Source of the DNA: Lepidodermella squamata
Taxonomy: Eukaryota > Animalia > Gastrotricha
Reading direction: 5' to 3'
DNA length: 64,000 bases
Assembly: GCA_047495785.1 (NCBI GenBank)
Contig: JBLDXI010000028.1
Location: forward strand, 1,674,001-1,738,000
Part shown: positions 56,227 to 64,000 of the stretch, piece after piece
Layout: every line of letters starts with the position of its first letter
How positions within the stretch are numbered: the first letter of the stretch is position 1
Made by a program: the position numbers and the translations under genes
The notes under the pieces: generated by a model
What the model was told of the DNA's origin: nothing
Seen by the model: only the letters and a program-made list of their open reading frames with translations
Database searches by the model: none

Positions 56227-57057
56227 AATGAGTGATGATATTAATACAAAATGGAAGTATTTACCTAATTGAAAGCAATTTTGTGATTTTTTATTGGTGG
56301 ATGAACGCAACAATCTTTTAAAGTAACGATTGTGATGCCCTCAAGGAGCTTTGAGGGACAGCAGTGACCAATATCAACAGAGCGAAACTAAAAGAAGTAG
56401 GATTTTTTATCCTATTTTAAGGCATCGCATCAAAGGTTCAAAGCTATCAAGGCCAAGCATGGATCTATATCGATGACACAAGCAAGATATCGAAGAACTC
56501 ATGCAGGAGGGTAGGATCATGTTTAAGAGTGGTCAAGGAGATGAAAATTAGACGACGAATCAGTATGGATTAATAGTTAGTATTGGGTCAGTTGTAATGT
56601 GGTCTCGTAGGTAGGTCTTAGGTAAATACGGAATTCTAGAGTTGTTCTGGGCTTTGGGTCTTATTTGCCAAATAATGTCCCTGCAACTTCTGATTCCATT
56701 CTGGTTTTAAAAAACGTTAGAAAAGGTTTGACAACTCAGTGGAATGTAGATGGCCGACTGCTGAAAACATCAGTCCATCTGAAACAGATTAGGTCTCTGT
56801 GTTGCAGACGCTGTCCAAACCCAGAAATAAGTCGGAAATTATATCAAAAAAGTCTGAAAAATATTGCGGACAATGCTCAAAATGTAGAACTCAGACATAT
56901 TTTGCGCGAATGACACTTCGCCAGTTTTTCCTAATTAACCAAGAGACCCGTGTTCAATTACTATAATAGCATAGGGAAGAAGTAATGATTGGGATCGTCA
57001 TAAAGAAGGTCGCCATTTGATGAAAACCGGCTATCGATAGTGTTTGAAAGTTTTGAT

Positions 57058-58249
57058 ATGAACAGCTCATATAACGACTTCACGTCTGATGCTTGGGTCA
57101 TGGCTGAGCTTCCATCTCGGTGGTTTCTCGAGCCCAGACCGTATTTCGTGGGTTGGTACCACGACCTCGACAAGAAAACGCCACAGGATCGGCTTTTGTT
57201 TCCCATTCTGTATCTGTTTACAGCTATCGTGACGATTATAACGAGTACCGCGAATATTTTTGTTTACTACAAGCGCCACCTACGCCGAGACTTCTTGGTC
57301 CTCTCTGCGTTACTAGCGACTTCGAAAATCGTTCAATGCATCTCCCAATTAGTTGGCATTTGGATACCCGTTCGAACCGGCTATTGGAATGCAAACCCTT
57401 ACCTTTGCCACGTGATAGCATGGGTAGGATCGGCACTTGGCTGCCAAAACACATGGATTGTCATGCTGATAAGTTATGAAAGGAGACAATGCCTACTATC
57501 AAACAGCCCAAACCCACCGGCTAACACGAAAAAAGTTCTTTTACTAGCACTACTGTTTCTAGCGGTTGGGTTTCTTCTATTTGGGACTGTAGTCTTCTAT
57601 CCTTTCAATTCTGCCGTATCAGAGTATGTATCTGTCCATAACATTAACAACGGAACGCCTGTTTTGCTGTGCGGCTCATTCAATCATAGATTGTTCGGCA
57701 ATTATGATACAGGCCTTCTTATCATGATTTACTACGCAGTAACGGCGATTGCTGTTCCGTCTACATTGATAGCTTATAATTACTGGTAAGTCTGAAGATC
57801 GCATTTATTATTAGGCTCATATATATGCTGTGTGTTTCAGGAAAATTTTGCAAAAACTGCGAGAAGTCAAAAACAAGGTAAAAGGCACCGTCCATGCTTC
57901 AACTTTACAAACGAATGATTCGTCGAATCAGCAAAAAACTCTTATTCAATCATGGCGACAGCGAGAGGTGTTCTACGTAAAGCAGAGCCTGTTTTCCTTC
58001 TTTGCTTTCGCGCTATTTCACATCCCGCTTTTCATCTCCATGGTTTTCGTTGTTAAATGGGACACGATAGGGTCAAAATACTTGTCTTCGGCAGCTCACA
58101 AAACTTGCTACTTACTGTTCGCAATCGAAACAGCATTCGCGCCCCTTATTCAGAGTCTGCGGCCCGGTTTCACTACCGATTTAGTCCATTGGCTTCGAGC
58201 CATGGCTAGGAAGATCTATCCTTCATCAGCTAGAACTCGAAATTTTTGA
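57058..58249 (+). CDS. Divergent orphan GPCR, paralogue 2
   Basis: Same motifs; intron GTAAGT...TTTCAG at the same position. Confidence 0.87.
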
Positions 58250-58431
58250 CCACGCACTTACAAAAAATAATTTATCCAGGGACAATTTGATGCATCTTGA
58301 CGCCGATAGTAATTAAATTAAGTGACGGCCATTGCTATCAACGTTTTGCCTCTGGGGCTGCGATATAGTAGGAAGCAGAAACGAGGTGTGAAATTGCTGT
58401 TTTCGTTTATTGATGCGATTAATATTTTGGA

Positions 58432-58979
58432 ATGGGTACTCATTCACTCAACTTGTTTTGGTTCGTGATAATCTTGTCGTCAGTTAATATTGCGGTAGCA
58501 TATTTGAATGACCTACCGGAGCAATGCGAAAAGCTGGTGTCCTTTGATTGTGCGAACAAACCTCGCTTTAAACACAACCTGGGATCCTGTAAGCTGACTC
58601 AGGTAATTGTAGGCTGGATGAGATATTGTTGACCGCTATCATTCGCGCCAGGCATGCTTGCGCCATAACGTGACTTTGAGTCAGTTCGCGAGCGGTGAAT
58701 TCGGATGCTTCAGAAGATGTGTTCTAGCGGGGCGGCGCCTTACTCCTAATTCATGCCGATCCTTGAAAGATAAGGATCTCGTTTGCATGCGACTACTCAT
58801 GCATTTAACATGGCGATTCGACGCTTTGACAAACACTTGCAGAAGGATGAAGGTGAGAGAAGATTCAATGGCTCCGCTTCGAAAAAAATCCTTTCATTTA
58901 GGTATGTCGCGGCGTTGGACTGAATCGATTCTCAACGCAAGACGAATGCGAGCAGTCATGCGTAAGATTGCTACCTTAA
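58432..58979 (+). CDS. Secreted two-domain degenerate Kunitz-like protein (3 exons)
   Basis: Signal peptide; WRFDALTNTCRRMK|VCRGVGLNRFSTQDECEQSC. Confidence 0.7.
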
Positions 58980-59334
58980 AACTTCGGCAGTCCGATCTGA
59001 CTTCGATTTTTTCCCTCACCTTGAAATCATCGTTAATATCGAGCTCTTTTTCCTAATAAAACCTATTCGAACATTTATGGTGCTAGGATATGAGTTGATC
59101 TTTGACTTTTATTCTTGAAATTTTGCGTGTTTAATTTCCTTGAAGTACTCCAGAGGAGAGAACGCAGTCGATCTAAAGCAGAAATATGATAGTGTTGCAT
59201 TCTAGTAATATTCAAAATCGATATCCTCGTGACGTATTAAGGTGATTAAATGTGCGTCGAATGTTAATATTAGCCCTCTAAGATGACAGTCTTAGAAAGC
59301 ACAACGTTACCCAAGGGAATCTAAAATCTTAAAA

Positions 59335-60506
59335 ATGAACTACACTGATAGACGATTCTTAACAGATGCTTGGGTTCTGCTCGCAGATGCAAGGCTTGGA
59401 AGTCTTAATCCTCGGCCTTATTTTGCCGGCTGGTATCACAATTTGGGTGGATCGAGTCCAGAGGACAGGCTTCTCTTTCCTATTCTATACCTAACAACGA
59501 CCGTTTTAATCGTTGTCACAAGTTCCGTTAATCTTGCCGTTTTCTACGGCAGACAAGTCCGGCGTGATTTCTTCATTTTGACAGCGGTTCTAGCAGCAAC
59601 TCAAACCATTCAGAGTGTATCTCAGACGGCTGGCATTTGGATATCAGTAAAAACCGGTTACTGGGACGCCCCGCCCTACCTCTGTCATATTATCGCTTGG
59701 GTTGGGTCTGCGCTTGGCTGCCAAAACACGTGGATTTTTATGCTCATCAGCTACGAAAGGCGGTTGTGTCTGCTTTCAAACAGCTCCAACGCTCCGGCTA
59801 ATACTAAGAAAGTTCTTCTTTTGGCGCTGCTTTTTCTAGTGATAGGATTCCTGATATTCAGCACCGTAATATTCTATCCCTTTGATTCTTTCGCCCCGCA
59901 GTATGTCGTTGTTCCAGGATTGAATAACGGTAGCCAAGTGTTGATTTGTGGTTCGTTCAATCACAAACTTTGGGGTACCTATGATTCATCTCTCCTGATT
60001 TTGCTCTACTACACAACATGTGACATGGTAATTCCCGGTTCTCTTATTGCTTACAACTACTGGTAAGTCTATTAGTAGTTTCACTAGTTTCGGTTTTAAA
60101 GTGTGTAATCTGCAGGGAAATATTTAAAAAGCTGAGAGGCATCAGAACTCAGCATTCAAACAATACTCTAATAACTACTACAACAAACGGGACCCGGCTC
60201 TCGAAAAGTATCATTGAGAACTGGCAGAGACGCGAAGTTTTCTACGTAAAACAGTCAATTGCGTCATTTTTTGTTTTCTGTTTGTTCCACGTACCAATGT
60301 TCATTTCCATGGTGCTTGTGGTATGTTGGGAATCGGCAGGGGCGTACTATTTATCAGCAGCAGCTCATCAGACATGCTATCTTATGTTTTCAATTGAAGC
60401 CGCAATAGCACCAGTTATTCAGAGTCTGAGGCCAGGATTCGCGGGCCAACTGATACTTCGCCTGAAATCTGCATTTAAACGAGTGTCTCCCAGTGGGAAC
60501 GAATAA
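59335..60506 (+). CDS. Divergent orphan GPCR, paralogue 3
   Basis: Same motifs and intron position as paralogues 1 and 2. Confidence 0.87.
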
Positions 60507-60846
60507 AAATTGATCATAAGTTAATTTCGAACTTGTTATTTTGCTGTTTCAGAAAATATCAATAAATCTAGGGCTGAAAAATGCTGCTTTTTATTATGGC
60601 GCAAGGTGTCAGGTCCATATGGGTTGCTTAGTCAAAGCAGTTGTGATAACAACAGTTAAAAATTCTTCCTTGAATCAGTTTATTGCTTAGACCTAATCAA
60701 GAGCTTATTTGTATTCTGATTCCGATTTTTATTGTCTGCTGATTTATTCGGAATTCCGCAGCAGTATCACTTTAATTTTCCAGCCAAAGCTTAAATTTCA
60801 AAGTTTCCATACATCTGTTAAATTACGCATTGAAAAATACGAAATC

Positions 60847-61673
60847 ATGTTCTATTTGACTCCGATTCTGTTGGTTGGACTTGTCCCAGCGTTGGCAGCT
60901 ATTCCTAGTCAGCCTTCTCCCAACTGTACCACGCCTGATTACGAATCAAGTTGCGAGCTAACCGGCACAGCTTGGCGTTACAATCCGAGTCTCGGCTACT
61001 GCGAGAAGCAGCCGGTGAGTTAACACCCGTATCTTGCCATTTCTGACTATTTTGAGGATGACATATCTACAGACCTGCGAGCAGACTAGTCAGAACGCAT
61101 TCAAGACAGAAGTCATGTGTCTTAAAGCGTGCCGGCCTATACCTGACAAATGCAAAGTCGGGCTTCAGGGAAGATGCGCGTTTGGCGCGGCTTGGTATTT
61201 GGACCCGGCTTCATACACCTGCAAGCACAGTTCTGTAAGTGTTAAAACTCGAGGAATAGGAAATAACAATCAATCATTTTCAGTATTGTCAGCGTAGAAG
61301 TTATCATTTCGATACTCAGAGCGATTGTGAAAAGAATTGCTTACCCCAAAAACCGGACATTGATGGCGACGATGATGAGACTGGCCTGCAAGAATGGAAT
61401 GAGGACGAAGCTAACACGCCGCGGGATTGCTTTCTTCCAGTAAAACAAGGCACTTGTCGAAAGAAGCACACGGTCGATCGTTCAGCCTACTACTACTACT
61501 ACGACAAAGAGTTGCAAACATGCTGGCCTTTTCCCTATTTAGTATGTCTTACCGAAATTGAAATTCCATATCAAATGTTAATCCTTTAGGGTAATTTGCC
61601 TGGTTGCAAAGGTGGAAACAAAAACCGATTTTCAACAATAGAGCAGTGTTTCCAAGTTTGCAGGAAAGAATAA
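60847..61673 (+). CDS. Secreted three-domain Kunitz-like protein (4 exons)
   Basis: Signal peptide; WRYNPSLGYC..NAFKTEVMCLKAC; WYLDPASYTC..FDTQSDCEKNC; CFLPVKQGTC..YYYD..GCKGGNKNRFSTIEQCFQVC. Confidence 0.82.
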
Positions 61674-61851
61674 GGATCGTGTTCCTTTAATGACTGATAT
61701 CTGATTGAAGCCTATTTGATAGTTTCATATCACAATAAATATTGAATGGCATTCATCTCAACTTCACCAAAACGTAAAATGCGTGGATACAGATGGCATT
61801 TTAATCATAGATTCCTAACAGGAATCGCAAATTAGAGCATATAGCACCATT

Positions 61852-62009
61852 GAGGGTTATTTTCGAAGCTCCCTTTATCATAAAGTCGACTTGATGACGT
61901 CAAAATGACGCAGATTTGCAAAAACTACTGTGGTTCGACTTAGAAAAACGTTTGTTATCGACGTCATAAAGTCGACTTTATGATAAAGGGAGCTTCGAAA
62001 ATAACCCTC
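61852..62009. mobile_element. 158-bp MITE with perfect ~41-bp TIRs and a 3-bp flanking duplication
   Basis: GAGGGTTATTTTCGAAGCTCCCTTTATCATAAAGTCGACTT and its exact reverse complement; ATT on both sides. Confidence 0.85.
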
Positions 62010-62339
62010 ATTCGCCACTTCTTCTAAGACAATTTTACTAAGCGTGAAAACATTGATAAATCAATTTCAGACTTGCGAGAGGCGATGGTACCATTTCACT
62101 ACGCAGAATGATTAAGAAAAGACTTGCTTACACCAAAAACCAGAAAACGATGGCGCCGATTATACGAGGCTAGCGTGCAAGAATCATAGAAGTAATATCA
62201 GATATCAGTAAAGAATGTCTACTCACGAGAAAAGGGGTGTAACGCCATGGGCGCCACAGATGTCCTGCTGATTCATCAATTTCTTGAAATCGGAAAATTT
62301 AACATTTCCTCCATTTATTTCTTAGCGATGAAAAGTGGC

Positions 62340-63310
62340 ATTGTGAAGAATCAAATGCCATCAGGGAAGCCCTTTGAGCCCGCTTCTATTCATCTTCTAC
62401 TGCGCAGATATGCAGCCCCTTAGAGTCAACCCCGACGACGGCCGAAAAATCGTGGGCACCGGTACCTATGCTGATGACGCTGCAAACTGGGCATGGGGGC
62501 TCCATTATGAGCAATGTGTTTCGCGGCTTCAGTCTCGCTTACGTTCGACAGAAACCTGGTGTGCTAGATGGCGACTTGACCTCAACCCGACAACGTGCGA
62601 GTGTATTATAATCGGTCATCATGGCGCCTCCTCCCCCTCCGTCCTATTGTCTATTGGTGGTGTGCGAATCCCGCAAGTGAAAGAGGTTAAGTACCTCGGA
62701 ATCACATTGACTTCGAAACTCTCGTGGGAGAGTCATCTTGATCGGCTCTCAGCGAAAATTAAACCGCGAGCTGCATGCTTACGAGGTATCGCCGCACGAA
62801 AGGTTGTCCCTAGTGACCTCTGCCTTCTATTCAGCAAAGTCCTTATTGAAAGTGTACTTACCTACGGTTCACCAGCTTGGTACTGTCTTCCCAAGTCGTC
62901 CGAGCTACGCCTGTTCGGTTTCCAGGCCCACGGCTTGAAAGCTGCCTTGGATCTGCCCATTGAGTGCGACCCATTCGGTGTTGTCGTCGAAGCTGGCGTG
63001 GAAGCTATCAGCGACATATTTGAGCATCAACTGATGCGGTACGCCACGAGGTGCCTCAACGCAAGTAACGGAATGAAGGATTACATATCCTACGTTGCGA
63101 GCTTCCAGCCCGACGCCTTCGGCCTCCGAATGCTGGAGAAGCACTGTCCAGCATGGCACTTGCGAGACTGCATTGATGCCCCGGCCAAGCCCTGCCGCCT
63201 CATATGCGACATTTTCCCTAAAAGCTAATATGAGCCTGTTGTTTCCCTGTATTCCTTTAGGTGCCCTTGTGATCCTCGCCCTCCTGAGCCCCTCTCGAGT
63301 CAAATAACAC
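62340..63310 (+). mobile_element. 5'-truncated LINE (Jockey/I-like) reverse transcriptase fragment
   Basis: LSPLLF..Y..D, YADD catalytic motif, W...WRL.LN, VKYLGITL...LSW..H, LTYGSPAW. Confidence 0.9.
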
Positions 63311-63351
63311 GTAAGCTAACCGTTAATGAATTTATCCCTGCCTTGCCTTAC

Positions 63352-63430
63352 AGAGCCCTGAGCCTGAGCCTGAGCCTGAGCCGTCATGAGCCTGACCCTT
63401 GAGCCTTGAGCCTTTCTGAACCTGAGCCTT
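63352..63430. repeat. (TGAGCC)n degenerate hexamer repeat
   Basis: CTGAGCCTGAGCCTGAGCCTGAGCC... Confidence 0.8.
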
Positions 63431-64000
63431 GTCTTCATGAGCTGGAACAGCCCTGCCCTGCCCGTAAGCCCCTTAATTGCCGCTAACAAACCTCGATATT
63501 TTTCAGACCCACTCAATGGGTGCAACGAGCCCGAACTCACGATCGCCTTTTTCTACTTTTCTACAAAAACGCACAAAAAGCCACAAAAAATCGACAAAAA
63601 TCTGAAAAACAAAAATAATATAACATAAAACTGCAAAATATGAACTGCCTATGATCATGCTCAATTTATCACTGTTACGAGCCCTAAATAGCATGGGGGC
63701 AATATATGTTTCACGTTATATATGTTAACCATATGTGCCTATAGCGCCGGCCGGCGGAGGGCCTACATAAATAAAACTACGACATGCTATCAGATAGATC
63801 TCTTCAAGAGGAACACGATGACATTTTTTACTTAATTTTAAAAATAAAGGAACTGTGAAAAATGAGGAAATATGTTTTTTTTGCATTCGGAAACAACCCA
63901 TGAAAACAGCTTCAAAAAAGTTAAATTGAGCGACTTTTTGAGTAAAATCGAGTCTTCATACCAAGAGCTACGCTTTGATACTTGGAGCGATCTTGGTTAA

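Overview
This window is eukaryotic (invertebrate metazoan-type) genomic DNA, not prokaryotic: it has ~50-60 bp GT-AG introns, LINE and DNA-transposon debris, and CCCTAA-like repeats. The species cannot be determined from the sequence. The dominant feature (4.9-33.1 kb) is a tandem array of 13 intact, intronless, highly diverged pentameric ligand-gated ion channel (Cys-loop) subunit genes. They lack the acetylcholine-binding aromatic box and the large M3-M4 loop, and they share a private 4-Cys N-terminal motif. Two of them have lost the Cys-loop disulfide. The organisation resembles, by analogy, the cephalopod chemotactile-receptor expansion and is the best candidate for an undescribed (probably chemosensory) receptor system. 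Interspersed or adjacent are a fungal/bacterial-type NodB polysaccharide deacetylase gene (frameshifted), small orphan secreted proteins, a TIR-domain gene, two tandem HCN channel genes, three non-canonical Kunitz-type genes, a small Cys-rich prepropeptide gene with an inverted pseudogene copy, an SLC46-like MFS transporter and three divergent orphan GPCR paralogues. Non-coding elements include Penelope-type minimal hammerhead ribozyme motifs in inverted-repeat elements, several MITEs with TSDs and a 3.6 kb CMC/CACTA-like element. Exon boundaries were read by eye, and no database searches were run.
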